This document shows positions 1-9,665 of a stretch of 64,000 nucleotides of DNA, piece after piece; position 1 is the stretch's first letter, and each line of letters begins with the position of its first letter. The translations under genes were made by a program, and so were the position numbers. This DNA is from an uncultured Solirubrobacteraceae bacterium (GTDB lineage Bacteria > Actinomycetota > Thermoleophilia > Solirubrobacterales > Solirubrobacteraceae), in assembly GCA_964588985.1 (NCBI GenBank), contig CAZPQW010000007.1, positions 44,219 to 108,218 of the forward strand. The letters are read 5' to 3'. Below the pieces are notes generated by a model. That model was not told where the DNA came from and ran no database searches. It saw only the letters and a program-made list of their open reading frames with translations.

Positions 1-43
1 CGAGAACCCCGAGCAGTTTTCGATACACGCGTCGAAGAACCCG

Positions 44-1468
44 CTACTGGGCGCCGAGGTAGTTGAAGTAGCGCACCTCTTCGCGGCCGAGGCGATCGGC
101 TCGCGGGTGGAAATGGAGCGCGTCCTCGATCTCCGCGAGACTCGGGCTGCAGGCGATCAGCGCGTAGAGGGTGTAGAGGAGCAGCAGTCGGCGCCAGCGC
201 CTGGTGGCGACGAGCGCCGCGAACGGCAGCGCCCACAGCACGTACCACGGCGCGCTCCAGCCGAGGGTGAAGATCAGCGCGATCGCCGCGACGCATCCGC
301 ACTCGAACGCGTCCATCGGGCGTTTCAGCGCGCGCGCCGCCGACATCAGGATCACGATCGCCGCGAGGCCCGTGAGCGCCGTCCGCAGCCCAGAGGTCGC
401 GCCGCCCAGGCCGAGCACGATTCCGAGCAGGTTGGGCAGCCCCTCAGGCGAGACGAGTTTGCTCTGCGCACTGACGCCTCCGAGATGCGGGCCGAACGCG
501 AGCAGACTCACGCCGACGAGCAGGACCGCGGCGGTGCCCATCCCGACCAGCAGCGGACGACGACGGGGCGCGATCGCGAGCGCCAGCGGCAGGAAGATCA
601 CGGCCGGCGACTTGATCCCCACGGCCGCCACGAGCATCGCGCCCGCTGCCAGCTCCGGACCGAACAGGCCTGTGCGAGAGGGCGCAGACGCCTCTCGCTC
701 CTGCCCGACCATCTCGCCCCGTAAGCGAGGAACAAGCAGCAGGTAGATCGCCGCGAACACCAGCAGCATCATCATGAAGTCGTTGTGCTCGCCGCCGAGG
801 CCCCACACGATCACGATCGGATTGAGCCCCACGAGCGCCACCGCGAGCTGGGGCGAACGGCCGAGCAGTCGCGCCAAGCGCCACACCAGGGCCAGCAGCC
901 CCAGGCTGCACAGGCCCATGATGATCTTCAGCGCCCAGAACGAGCCGGCGACGCCGAGGGGAACGAGTGCGTAGGTGATGAGCGTGAACAGCTGCCCATA
1001 GGGCGAGCGCAGGTAGTGCCAGTTGCTGATCGCGTACGCCGGATCGTCGTGCGGCTCGTACAGCGGCAGCGTCGAGTAAGGGTTCAGGTGGTGGACGACA
1101 CCCATGCGGCCGTAGTTGATGTAGTTGAACACGTCGGTGTACTCGAGCGGCGGCGAGAGCAGGAACGTCAGCTGCACCGCGAAGATCGCGCCCACGATCC
1201 ACCCCGGATGCATCTTCGGTGCACCGCGCAGCACCAGCAGGTACGCCACGAACAGCAGTCCGAACGCCACGGTCACCATGCGCTCGACGGTGCGCGTGCG
1301 CGGGATCGTCGCCGGCCACAGTCCCCTCAACGGACCGGACATCCACGCGGGGTAGCTCCTAGAGATGGCCGTCGGGCTGAGGATGCTGGCGCCGTGCGCT
1401 GCAAACGCCACGAGCGCCACGCACAACAGCACCAGCGCGAACAGCGGCAAGAGCCTCGCGACCGCCAC
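44..1468 (-). CDS. GT87/MptB-like polyprenol-phosphomannose-dependent mannosyltransferase (GT-C)
   Basis: Multi-TM protein with SPPL-x2-DVFNY..YG, SPYG and NP..GGEHND motifs typical of MptA/MptB. Start trimmed to the in-frame GTG at 1468 because the ORF-track N-terminus overlaps the upstream gene; start uncertain. Confidence 0.8.
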   Translation of the reverse strand: MAVARLLPLFALVLLCVALVAFAAHGASILSPTAISRSYPAWMSGPLRGLWPATIPRTRTVERMVTVAFGLLFVAYLLVLRGAPKMHPGWIVGAIFAVQLTFLLSPPLEYTDVFNYINYGRMGVVHHLNPYSTLPLYEPHDDPAYAISNWHYLRSPYGQLFTLITYALVPLGVAGSFWALKIIMGLCSLGLLALVWRLARLLGRSPQLAVALVGLNPIVIVWGLGGEHNDFMMMLLVFAAIYLLLVPRLRGEMVGQEREASAPSRTGLFGPELAAGAMLVAAVGIKSPAVIFLPLALAIAPRRRPLLVGMGTAAVLLVGVSLLAFGPHLGGVSAQSKLVSPEGLPNLLGIVLGLGGATSGLRTALTGLAAIVILMSAARALKRPMDAFECGCVAAIALIFTLGWSAPWYVLWALPFAALVATRRWRRLLLLYTLYALIACSPSLAEIEDALHFHPRADRLGREEVRYFNYLGAQ

Positions 1469-1530
1469 CGCCTGGGAGCGCCAGTGTGGGCTGGAGGACC
1501 GCTCGACGGGCTCGTGACCGACTCGGACGG

Positions 1531-3837
1531 CTACGGCGCCGCCGTCTGCTGCGGCTGAGGAGAGTATCCCGGGTGAACGTGGCACGTTGGTGGTGGGTAT
1601 CCCGCCATGATCGGGGCTGCCGGGATGTGCGTCAGGGACCCGTAGGCCCGTGAGGTGAGCGTCGCCGCCTGCACCTGGACGCTGTCTGCGGCCGGGACCG
1701 GCACCGTCGCAACGAACTGTACCGTGCTCGCGCCACCCGACAGCTGCAGTCGATGCGTGATTTCGGCGCTTCCCGCCGCTGTCGCGACGCGCTGCTCGGT
1801 GCCGTCGGGGAAGCGCGCGATCACCGTCCCGAACGCCGGTTCCAGGCCCGTGAGGCCGACCGTGAGCGTCGCCGTGACAGGCTGCGAGCGCGACCCGCCG
1901 CTGAGCGTGAGACCGGCGCTCGTGCATCTCACGCGCAGCGGATACAGCGTGGCCCTTCGCACTTCGCCCTGGGCGCGTTCTCCGAGCGTGCGCTTCAGCC
2001 GCGCGAGATACGGGCGCAGGTCGAAGAACCACAGGTCTCCTGCTCGGCTGACGAGCGGCTGCTCGCCGAGTTGGGTGTGCAGCGCGCTGCGCAGTACCGC
2101 CGGTGAGACCCGATAGCCGCTCGGCTCGATCACCAGCCCGTCGAAGCCGCTCAGCGAGGCGGCGGCGAGGGCGAGGGCGAGCGGCTTCGCCGCTAGTTCG
2201 CTCTCCCAGTCCTGGGGTCTGCCCTTCGCCACGCCGTAGCTCCAGCGCAGCGACGTCGAGGTGATGTAGCCGCGCGTCTCCTCATAGGTGGTGCCGAAGT
2301 TGGGGCTCGCGAAGCCGACCGCGGACAGCGGCGCTCCGTAGCCCTCGGGGAACGGAACGTAGGGCAGCTCGAACACAGACCCGTTCGCCCCCAGGCGTGC
2401 CTGCACCTGGTCGAAGAAGGCGCTGTCGCTGCGGTACTCCGCGGCCGACGCGTGGAACTTCGGAACGAAGTCCGAGCTCGTCTCGTCGAGCACGCCCACG
2501 ACGAGCAGCCCAACGATCGCGATCGTGGGCCAGTGCGTCCCTCTTCGCCGGCGCGCGAGCCAGCGCAGGCCGGCTTGGGTCAGGCATGCCGCCGCGAGCA
2601 GCGAGAAGAACGCGATGAACAGCGACATGCGGTTCCAGCCGCGCACGTCAGGTGTGAGGAAGTACGCCAGCAGCGAGGAGAACCCGCCGATGGACGCGAT
2701 CAGCAGCGACAGGAGCACGCCGAGCGCCGCCGGCCGATAGAGACGGGAACCCGCCAGCAGCGTTCCCGCGCCGAGCAGAGCGGCGAGCGCGCCGGCGAGC
2801 AGCCACACGAACCCCACGTCGCCGACGCTCCCGAGCGTCTCGTAGCACTGCTCGCAGTAGCTCGAGGAGCCGGCCTTGGCGTATTCGCCGTTGAGGTCGC
2901 TCAGCAGCGGGAGGCGGTGGCCCTGTACGGGCAGGAGCAGCTGGGCTGGCTTCAGCCCGAGCAGTTCGGTGTCTGTGAGGCTGCGCGCGATCGACTGGTT
3001 CGCGCCGTGTTCGGCGCGATAGACGAGGCTCGGGGAGAGGTTCGCCACGAGCACCACGCCGATCAGCAGCACGCAGCCGAGCGCGCTCGTCACCGCCGCT
3101 CTTCCGGTGCGCGCGACCAGCGCCACCAGCGCACCGGCGGACAGGAGCACGAGCGCGAACGCCGCGTAGTAGAGGCCCGAGGACGCGATCATCACGCACA
3201 GCAGCACCGTTCGCGCCGTGCGCCACGACAGCCACGCGAGCGCCCCGCTTGCCGGCGAGGCTCGCCGCTGGAAGCGCGCCTCCCCCAGGAAGGTGCACAG
3301 GAACAGATACGCGGACAGCGGGACGGAGTAGTACGCCGACAGCGTCAGCTGCGACTCGTTGCGGTAGAAGTGGTAGGGGAGCAGTGCGAACAGCACCGCC
3401 GCGACGGCCGCGGGCGCGGCCGCGACTTCGAGCTTGCGCATCACCAGGAAGGCGCTCGCCGCGGCGAGCGGGAACGTGAGCAGGTAGAACAGGTTGTCGA
3501 TCAGCGCGGGGTTCGAGCTGAACAGCGCCAGCACGCGGATGATCGCGAAGTTGAGGTTGTCCGCCCCCTGCGGGAAGTCCGCCAGCTGTTGCCCGAACGG
3601 CGCGCCGAGACTCGACCCGGCTTCGAACCAGCCGTGACGGATCACGCTCCTGATCAGCATCAGATAGAACTTCGTGTCGTCGAGCTGCGCGTAGCGAAAT
3701 GGCAGCGCGAGGTCGGCCTGCCACAGCTTCATGGCCCAGCCGGCAGCCACCAGCGTCAGCATTGCGACCACGGCCGCCTCTGCCCAGAGACGGCGAGGAG
3801 TCGAGGAGCGATTGCCTGCGGTGCCTCCTCGGCGCAC
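1531..3837 (-). CDS. Large polytopic membrane protein, probable GT-C (YfhO-like) glycosyltransferase
   Basis: 768 aa, about 12 hydrophobic segments, N-terminal DD after TM1, LGAPFG and RGWNR motifs, extracytoplasmic C-terminal domain. Confidence 0.55.
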   Translation of the reverse strand: MRRGGTAGNRSSTPRRLWAEAAVVAMLTLVAAGWAMKLWQADLALPFRYAQLDDTKFYLMLIRSVIRHGWFEAGSSLGAPFGQQLADFPQGADNLNFAIIRVLALFSSNPALIDNLFYLLTFPLAAASAFLVMRKLEVAAAPAAVAAVLFALLPYHFYRNESQLTLSAYYSVPLSAYLFLCTFLGEARFQRRASPASGALAWLSWRTARTVLLCVMIASSGLYYAAFALVLLSAGALVALVARTGRAAVTSALGCVLLIGVVLVANLSPSLVYRAEHGANQSIARSLTDTELLGLKPAQLLLPVQGHRLPLLSDLNGEYAKAGSSSYCEQCYETLGSVGDVGFVWLLAGALAALLGAGTLLAGSRLYRPAALGVLLSLLIASIGGFSSLLAYFLTPDVRGWNRMSLFIAFFSLLAAACLTQAGLRWLARRRRGTHWPTIAIVGLLVVGVLDETSSDFVPKFHASAAEYRSDSAFFDQVQARLGANGSVFELPYVPFPEGYGAPLSAVGFASPNFGTTYEETRGYITSTSLRWSYGVAKGRPQDWESELAAKPLALALAAASLSGFDGLVIEPSGYRVSPAVLRSALHTQLGEQPLVSRAGDLWFFDLRPYLARLKRTLGERAQGEVRRATLYPLRVRCTSAGLTLSGGSRSQPVTATLTVGLTGLEPAFGTVIARFPDGTEQRVATAAGSAEITHRLQLSGGASTVQFVATVPVPAADSVQVQAATLTSRAYGSLTHIPAAPIMAGYPPPTCHVHPGYSPQPQQTAAP

Positions 3838-3939
3838 GATCTCCTGACCCTATCGGTTCGCCTCGACGGCTCGCCGCGGACCTATCATGGCTTCGCGGCA
3901 CATCGCCGCGCACAACGACCCGACGGGAGAAGAGCGCAA

Positions 3940-4374
3940 ATGGAGGCTTCCACGGAGTACCCCGGCGTGACCCGGGGCGAGGGCTACGCAGTCGCGCATC
4001 TGGAGGACCTCGGCGACGGTCCGGGGTTTCGCAAGGTGCGCAAGGGACTCGACGTCACAGCGTTCGGCGTGAACGCGATCGTGCTCCCGCCGGGCATCGA
4101 AACGGGCTTTCATTACCACGACCTCCAGGAGGAGCTCTACTTCGTGCACGCCGGCACGATCGAGATGGAGTTCGGGGACGGCTCCGTGCAACGCCTGCAC
4201 GCGGGCGGTCTTGCACGCGTGGACGCCGCGACACTTCGCAAGATCCGCAACGTCGGCGACGTGGACGCTGTCTACCTGTGCGCGGGCGGCAAGGATGGAT
4301 ACATCGGTCGCGACGGGCGCGTGCGGCCCGGCGAGGAGGAGCGTGTGAAAGCGATGCACGACCTCTCCAAATGA
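3940..4374 (+). CDS. Cupin domain protein
   Basis: HYHDLQEELYFVHAG cupin motif 1. ATG at 3940 with GGGAG upstream. Confidence 0.85.
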   Translation: MEASTEYPGVTRGEGYAVAHLEDLGDGPGFRKVRKGLDVTAFGVNAIVLPPGIETGFHYHDLQEELYFVHAGTIEMEFGDGSVQRLHAGGLARVDAATLRKIRNVGDVDAVYLCAGGKDGYIGRDGRVRPGEEERVKAMHDLSK

Positions 4375-4389
4375 GCGGCGGCGAGCGCG

Positions 4390-4824
4390 GTGAGCGAGGC
4401 TGAGGATTCCCAGCGGCTGCTGCGCGTCGCGGGCGGTCCGACGATCCCGCTCGCCGAGATCGTCCTGCGCACGAGCCGCTCGTCGGGGCCCGGGGGCCAG
4501 CACGCGAATGTGACCGCCTCGCGCGTGGAAGCGGTCTTCGACGTGACCGCCTCCCCCTCGCTGAGCGAGCCCCAACGCGAGCGGCTGCTGGCGCGAGTCG
4601 GGCCGCGGGTCGTCGCGGTCGCACAGGACGAGCGCTCCCAGACGCGCAACCGCGAACTGGCGCTCAAGCGGCTCGCCGAGCGCGTCTCACGTGGGCTCGC
4701 GGTGCCCCGCAGCCGCCGCCCCACACGCCCGACCGCGGCCTCGCGCAAACGTCGCCTGCAGGAGAAGCGCCAGACGTCACGGCGCAAGCTCGACCGTCGC
4801 CCGCCGTCGGCGGACAGCGACTAG
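4390..4824 (+). CDS. arfB: Alternative ribosome rescue peptidyl-tRNA hydrolase ArfB
   Basis: RSSGPGGQHAN (GGQ motif), ERSQ.RNR, and basic tail RRPTRPT...RRL..K. Confidence 0.95.
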   Translation: MSEAEDSQRLLRVAGGPTIPLAEIVLRTSRSSGPGGQHANVTASRVEAVFDVTASPSLSEPQRERLLARVGPRVVAVAQDERSQTRNRELALKRLAERVSRGLAVPRSRRPTRPTAASRKRRLQEKRQTSRRKLDRRPPSADSD

Positions 4825-6359
4825 TTCAGCAGCTCCTTGATGTAGCGCTGGTGCAGGCGCCCCACGGGCGTGTCTTCGGGATGGAAGCCGATCGCGCTCC
4901 ACAGCAGGCTGGACGCGGGCGCCCACGCGACGATCAGATAGGCCCCGGCCACGAGCACCGCCGCGCGCAGCCTGCGCGAGCTCGACAGCGCCGCAAGCGG
5001 CAGCGCCCACATCACGTACCACGGCAACACCCAGCTGAGCGTGAACACCAGCGCCACGCTCGCCCAGCCTGAAGCGGTGATCGCGTCCCGTCGACGCCAC
5101 GCGAGCCTGCAGCAGAGCAGCATCACAATCGCCAGCGCGACCGTCATGACCGTGCGCAGCCCGTTCGTCTCACCGCCCTGCCCGATCGCGAGGCCGATCA
5201 GGTTCGGGACGCTCTCGTTGCTCACAACGTGGCTCTGAGTACTCAGATCGGGGATGTGCAGTCCGAACGCGAGCAGGCTGACAGCGCCTACCACCACGCC
5301 GGCCGCGACCATGCCCAGCACGACCTGGATCAGTGCTCGCGGCGCGCGCAGCAGGCTCACCAGCACGACCGGGATCAGCACTCCACCCGAGGCCTTGATC
5401 GCGGCGGCGAGCACGAAGGCGGCGCCGGCGCCCATCTCGAGAGGCACGAGCGGCAGCAGCCAGCCGAGCATTCCTGTCGGCCGGTGCTCTGCGCGGTCCT
5501 CTCGCCCGGGCCGGGCGCGCAGCAGCAGGTAGAAGCCGAGCATGATGCACAGGATCATCAGCGCGTCGTTGTGGTCGCCCCCCAGCCCCCACACGAGCAC
5601 GATCGGGTTCAACCCCACCAGCACGACGGCGGCCAGCGGGTCGCGACCCAGCAGGCGAGCGCACTTCCACACCAGCGCGATCGTCCCGAGGCTCGCGGCG
5701 GCGAGGAGGAGCTTCAGCGCCCAGAAGGATCCTGCCACGCCCAGGGGCACCACGACGAAGGTGAGCATCGTGAACAGCGGCCCGTAGGGGCTGCGCAGCT
5801 CGTGCCAGTTGCTGAGCCCGTAGCTCGGATCGTTGTGCGGCTCGAGGATCGGGATCGTGGTGTACGGGTTGAGGTTGTGCACGACCTCCATGCGCCCGTA
5901 GTTGATGTAGTTGAACACATCCGTCAGCGTCAGCGGCGGCGAGAGCACGAAGATTACGTGCACCACGAGGATCGCGCCGAGCACCCAGCGGACAGGCAGC
6001 TCCGGCGTGCAGCGCAGCAGCACCAGGTAGCTCAAGTACATCAGCACGATCGAGCCTGTGACCCAGTATTTGAGCGTCGTGCCGCTACTCGTCATGCTCG
6101 GCAGCAGACCTCCCAGCGGACCCGCCATCCAGCGCGGGAAGTAATCCGCGTGCGTCGTCGAGGCGAGCCAGCTCGGGCGATCGGCCGCCATCACGACCAC
6201 CAGCAGGCTCAGCGCCACCATCGCCGCCATCGCGATCGCGCCGACTTTCGTGCGCGTGCTCGCGTCCCTCCACGCGCCGGTGCGTCCCCGCCACGGCCAG
6301 CGGCGCGCGCCGGGGAGAGATGTGTCCTGGAGCGGGATGGTCGTGGCGTCGCCCGGCAT
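4821..6359 (-). CDS. GT87/MptB-like mannosyltransferase, paralog of 44..1468
   Basis: SPPLTLTDVFNYINYGR, SPYGP, NP..GGDHND; clear similarity to the first gene. Confidence 0.8.
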   Translation of the reverse strand: MPGDATTIPLQDTSLPGARRWPWRGRTGAWRDASTRTKVGAIAMAAMVALSLLVVVMAADRPSWLASTTHADYFPRWMAGPLGGLLPSMTSSGTTLKYWVTGSIVLMYLSYLVLLRCTPELPVRWVLGAILVVHVIFVLSPPLTLTDVFNYINYGRMEVVHNLNPYTTIPILEPHNDPSYGLSNWHELRSPYGPLFTMLTFVVVPLGVAGSFWALKLLLAAASLGTIALVWKCARLLGRDPLAAVVLVGLNPIVLVWGLGGDHNDALMILCIMLGFYLLLRARPGREDRAEHRPTGMLGWLLPLVPLEMGAGAAFVLAAAIKASGGVLIPVVLVSLLRAPRALIQVVLGMVAAGVVVGAVSLLAFGLHIPDLSTQSHVVSNESVPNLIGLAIGQGGETNGLRTVMTVALAIVMLLCCRLAWRRRDAITASGWASVALVFTLSWVLPWYVMWALPLAALSSSRRLRAAVLVAGAYLIVAWAPASSLLWSAIGFHPEDTPVGRLHQRYIKELLN

Positions 6360-6390
6360 GCTCAGCTGGGCGGACAGTATCCCGCGGGAT

Positions 6391-6421
6391 AAAAAAAGAG
6401 AGCCCGCCGAGGCGGGCTCTC
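6391..6421 (-). terminator. Rho-independent terminator of csp
   Basis: Minus strand GAGAGCCCGC-ctcg-GCGGGCTCTC followed by T7, just after the csp stop. Confidence 0.9.
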
Positions 6422-6446
6422 GCAGAGCCGAACTACGCTCGTCCGC

Positions 6447-6650
6447 TTAGATCGTCTGGACGTTGACAGCCTTGGGGCCCTTGTCGCCCTGCTCCGGGTC
6501 GTAGGAGACCTTTGCGCCCTCCTGCAGCGAGCGGTAACCCTCGCCGTTGATTCCGGTGTGATGGACGAAGAGGTCCTTGTCGCCGTCGTCAGGGGTGATG
6601 AAACCAAAACCCTTGTCGTCGCTGAACCACTTTACGGTGCCAGTTGGCAT
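6447..6650 (-). CDS. cspA: Cold-shock protein (CspA family)
   Basis: 67 aa, GTVKWF, KGFGFI (RNP1), LFVH (RNP2). GGAGGA RBS. Confidence 0.97.
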   Translation of the reverse strand: MPTGTVKWFSDDKGFGFITPDDGDKDLFVHHTGINGEGYRSLQEGAKVSYDPEQGDKGPKAVNVQTI

Positions 6651-6772
6651 TTGTACTCCTCCACGGTATGTGCGTGCTGCTACGCGGAGGATGCTTTAGA
6701 GCTTCGACCTGCGAGCGCTTGCACTACTTTCGCCGGTCTTATCCGCCGGCCATTCCGGACGACCGTAGCACG
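6651..6772 (-). promoter_or_regulatory. csp promoter and ~100-nt 5' UTR
   Basis: Extended -10-like TGcTACGGT on the minus strand near 6763-6771, then a long untranslated leader, as is usual for csp genes. Confidence 0.45.
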
Positions 6773-6861
6773 TAAACGGGCCTGTGTGTTGTGGAGTTGT
6801 TGCGGCTTTGTGCCTAGCGTCCAATCGCCTACACAACGCCGCCGCGGCTAGGGTGAGGCCC

Positions 6862-7680
6862 ATGGACGCCCCATCGGAGCCCAATCCGAGCGCGGCGAGC
6901 GACGCGCCACTGCGACTCGAGCGTCTGCTGCCGCCGGGAGAGCCCGCCACGATCCCCGAGATCGTGCGGGAGATGGGGCTGTGGGACCGCGCGCCGTCTC
7001 CGTCTGAGCGTCCGCACGTGATGCTCAACATGATCTCGAGCGTCGACGGGCGAGCAACCGTGAGCGGACGCTCGGGGCCGCTCAGCGACACGGCCGACCG
7101 CAAGCTCTTCCACGGTCTGCGCACCGCCGTGGACGCGATCCTGGTGGGAGCGGGCACCGCACGCGTCGAGCGCTACGGCCGGCTGATCCCCGAGCAGGCG
7201 CGGCGGGATCTGCGCCGCGAGCACGGCCTGCCCGAGGAGCCGCTCGCGTGCATCGTGTCCGCGAGCCTCGACCTCGGCGAGGACATACCTCTGCTCGGAG
7301 AGGGCGATGCGCGCGTCGCGATCCTGACGCCTTCCACCGCGAGCCTGCCCGACATGCCGGCGCAGGTGGACTACGTGCGCACCGGTCCCGAGGGGCCGCT
7401 GAACCTGAGCGAGGCGCTGGCCGAGCTTGGAGAGCGCTTCGGCGTGCAGTCGGTGCTGTGCGAGGGCGGTCCGCACCTCGCGAGCGAACTGCTCCACGCG
7501 GGGCTGGTCGACGAAGTGTTCCTGTCGCTCTCGCCGACGCTCACCGGAGGAGACCCCGCGAAGGGACCGGCGCTTCGAATCCTCGCGGGGGTCGAGGTCG
7601 AGCCGCCGGTCGCACTCACGCTGCTCGGAGTGCTCCGCAGCGAGTCGAGCCTGTTCCTGCGCTACGCCGTGGACGCCTGA
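6862..7680 (+). CDS. RibD C-terminal/dihydrofolate reductase family protein
   Basis: NMISSVDG, DAILVGAGT.R.E.Y and LCEGGP motifs. Confidence 0.88.
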   Translation: MDAPSEPNPSAASDAPLRLERLLPPGEPATIPEIVREMGLWDRAPSPSERPHVMLNMISSVDGRATVSGRSGPLSDTADRKLFHGLRTAVDAILVGAGTARVERYGRLIPEQARRDLRREHGLPEEPLACIVSASLDLGEDIPLLGEGDARVAILTPSTASLPDMPAQVDYVRTGPEGPLNLSEALAELGERFGVQSVLCEGGPHLASELLHAGLVDEVFLSLSPTLTGGDPAKGPALRILAGVEVEPPVALTLLGVLRSESSLFLRYAVDA

Positions 7681-8636
7681 GAGCGCGTCTCGCGCGAGAC
7701 GACGCTCAGCAGCTCACTCGCCAGCTGACGGCCCTGGGTCGCAACCAGCGGCGTGGCCGCGATCAGCACCACCACCTCCTCCCCGTCGAGCTCCTCGAGC
7801 GTGATCCGCGGCGCGCGACGCAGCGGCGTCTGCAGCGAGCGCTCGAGCACCTCCTGCAGGTCGCCCGGAGTCATCCCCGCGCGCAGACGCGCGCGCAGGT
7901 TGACAGCCTCGGGCTCGCGCAGCGGCAGCACCGCGACGTTCAGCACCACGCTGTTGGGCACCATCATCGAGTCCTCGCCCGTGGCGAACGTCGTGTACAG
8001 CAGCCCCAGCGAGCTCACCGTCCCCTCGATCTGGCCCGCGAGCGGACCGCCCTGCAGCCGCACGCGCTCGCCCACGCGAAATGGACGCGCGCTCAGGAGC
8101 ACCGTGCCCGCGATCAGGTTGCCGAGCGTCTGCTGCGCGGCGAGGCCCACGATCACCGCGGTGAACGCGCCGCCCAGCGCCAGTTCTCCGGCGCCGATGC
8201 CCGCCACGCTGAGCGCCACCACGAACGCGAGCACGACCGTAGCCAGGCGGATCACGAACCCGACCGTCCCCGCGGTGGCCGGGTCCAGGCGCCTGAACAG
8301 CGCCGGGCCGAGCCCGCGGCCCATGTCGCGCGCGATCGCCCAGCCGAGGATCATCAGCGCGAGGACCGTCGCGACCCTGATGGGCGTGTCGAGCGCTCGT
8401 TCGAGCATCTTGTGAGCCGGTTCGTGGGTGTGCGGATCGGCCGCCACCTGCGTGCCGAACAGGCTCACGCGGTTGTCGTAGATGAGGACGATGCCGACGA
8501 ACAACGGCACGAGCACGAGCGCCTCCAGCCGCGCGCGCTTGACCACGCGCGGGCTTATCTGGCGCAGCAGTCCGACCTCCTGCCAGGCGTGGCTGCGGGT
8601 CTCGAACATCTTCGACGGTGTCTTACGCGCGGGCAT
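7662..8636 (-). CDS. mscS: Small-conductance mechanosensitive channel (MscS family)
   Basis: GLAAQQTLGNLIAG..L...RPFRVGE and VPNS motifs. Confidence 0.9.
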   Translation of the reverse strand: MPARKTPSKMFETRSHAWQEVGLLRQISPRVVKRARLEALVLVPLFVGIVLIYDNRVSLFGTQVAADPHTHEPAHKMLERALDTPIRVATVLALMILGWAIARDMGRGLGPALFRRLDPATAGTVGFVIRLATVVLAFVVALSVAGIGAGELALGGAFTAVIVGLAAQQTLGNLIAGTVLLSARPFRVGERVRLQGGPLAGQIEGTVSSLGLLYTTFATGEDSMMVPNSVVLNVAVLPLREPEAVNLRARLRAGMTPGDLQEVLERSLQTPLRRAPRITLEELDGEEVVVLIAATPLVATQGRQLASELLSVVSRETRSQASTA

Positions 8637-8691
8637 CAGCTGTCAATGATGGTGCACGACGCCGAGAACGCCGGCTGATCGCTTGCGTGCT

Positions 8692-9609
8692 CTACGACTG
8701 CGTGTAGGCGATCATCGCGACGCCGAACAGCATGCAGTAGATCGCGAACGGCGTGAGCGTCTTGGTCTTGAAGTAGCCGACCAGGAAGCGGACCGTGAAG
8801 ACCGCGGTCACAGCGGCGACAGCACAGGCGACGGCCGCCTGTCCGCGCACCCCGTCGCCGAGGTGGCCGAGCAGGTCGGGCATCTTGAAGATCGACGCCG
8901 CGAGGATGATCGGCGTTGCGAGCAGGAACGCGAAGCGCGCCGAGTCGCTGTGGTCGAGCCCGCGCGCAAGGCCGGTCCCCATGGTGATCCCGTCGCGGCT
9001 GATCCCCGCGACCAGCGCCGTCGACTGGGCGACGCCCACGACGAGCGCCTCGCGGTATTCGAGCGTCGCCAGCTCGCGCGCGCCGTCTGGCTTCGCGCCT
9101 TCGCGCAGCGCCAGTTCGCGCACCTCCGCGCGACGGCGGAAGCGCTCGGCGGCGATCAGCACCATGCCGTTGACCGTCAGGAAGATCGCCGCGATTTCGG
9201 GCTTCGCGGTGAGCGTGCGCAGCTGGTGCTCGAAGATCAGGCCGAACAGCCCCGCCGGGATGCTCGCGACGATGATCAGCCACGCGAGACGCTCGTCGGC
9301 GGTCTCCGCTTTGCGCGTGGAGAGGGTGTGGAAGAACGCTGTGACGATCTTCACCCAGTCGCGCCAGTAGTAGGCGAGCAGGCCGAGCGCGCTGCCGAGG
9401 TGAAGCGTGACGACGAACGCCAGCCAGAAGGACTCCGACTTCGACTGCGCGTCCACCAGCGCGTTCCAGCCGAACAGCGTCGGGAACAGCACCGTGTGCC
9501 CGAGGCTCGAGATCGGGAACAGCTCCGTCACGCCCTGCAGGAAGCCAAGCACGATCGCCTGGAAGTAGGTGACGGCCGAGCCGAGGGGAACCGCGTGGAG
9601 TATCGACAT
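8692..9609 (-). CDS. uppP: Undecaprenyl-diphosphate phosphatase (BacA)
   Basis: QGVTELFPISSLGH, HLGS and Q..AL..GISR.G motifs. Confidence 0.93.
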   Translation of the reverse strand: MSILHAVPLGSAVTYFQAIVLGFLQGVTELFPISSLGHTVLFPTLFGWNALVDAQSKSESFWLAFVVTLHLGSALGLLAYYWRDWVKIVTAFFHTLSTRKAETADERLAWLIIVASIPAGLFGLIFEHQLRTLTAKPEIAAIFLTVNGMVLIAAERFRRRAEVRELALREGAKPDGARELATLEYREALVVGVAQSTALVAGISRDGITMGTGLARGLDHSDSARFAFLLATPIILAASIFKMPDLLGHLGDGVRGQAAVACAVAAVTAVFTVRFLVGYFKTKTLTPFAIYCMLFGVAMIAYTQS

Positions 9610-9665
9610 AGCGGAACAGCCTATTGGGTGTCTCTGTCTCGCGCCCAACGCGTACCCTCCCGTCA

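Noticed and set aside
2452-3939. Apparent 640-aa protein ending in a cupin domain
   Set aside because: The N-terminal part is antisense to the 768-aa gene; the likely start is ATG 3940 with an RBS.
6651-6760. Riboswitch or ncRNA in the csp leader
   Set aside because: No named RNA family could be recognised by eye; an Rfam/Infernal search would be needed.
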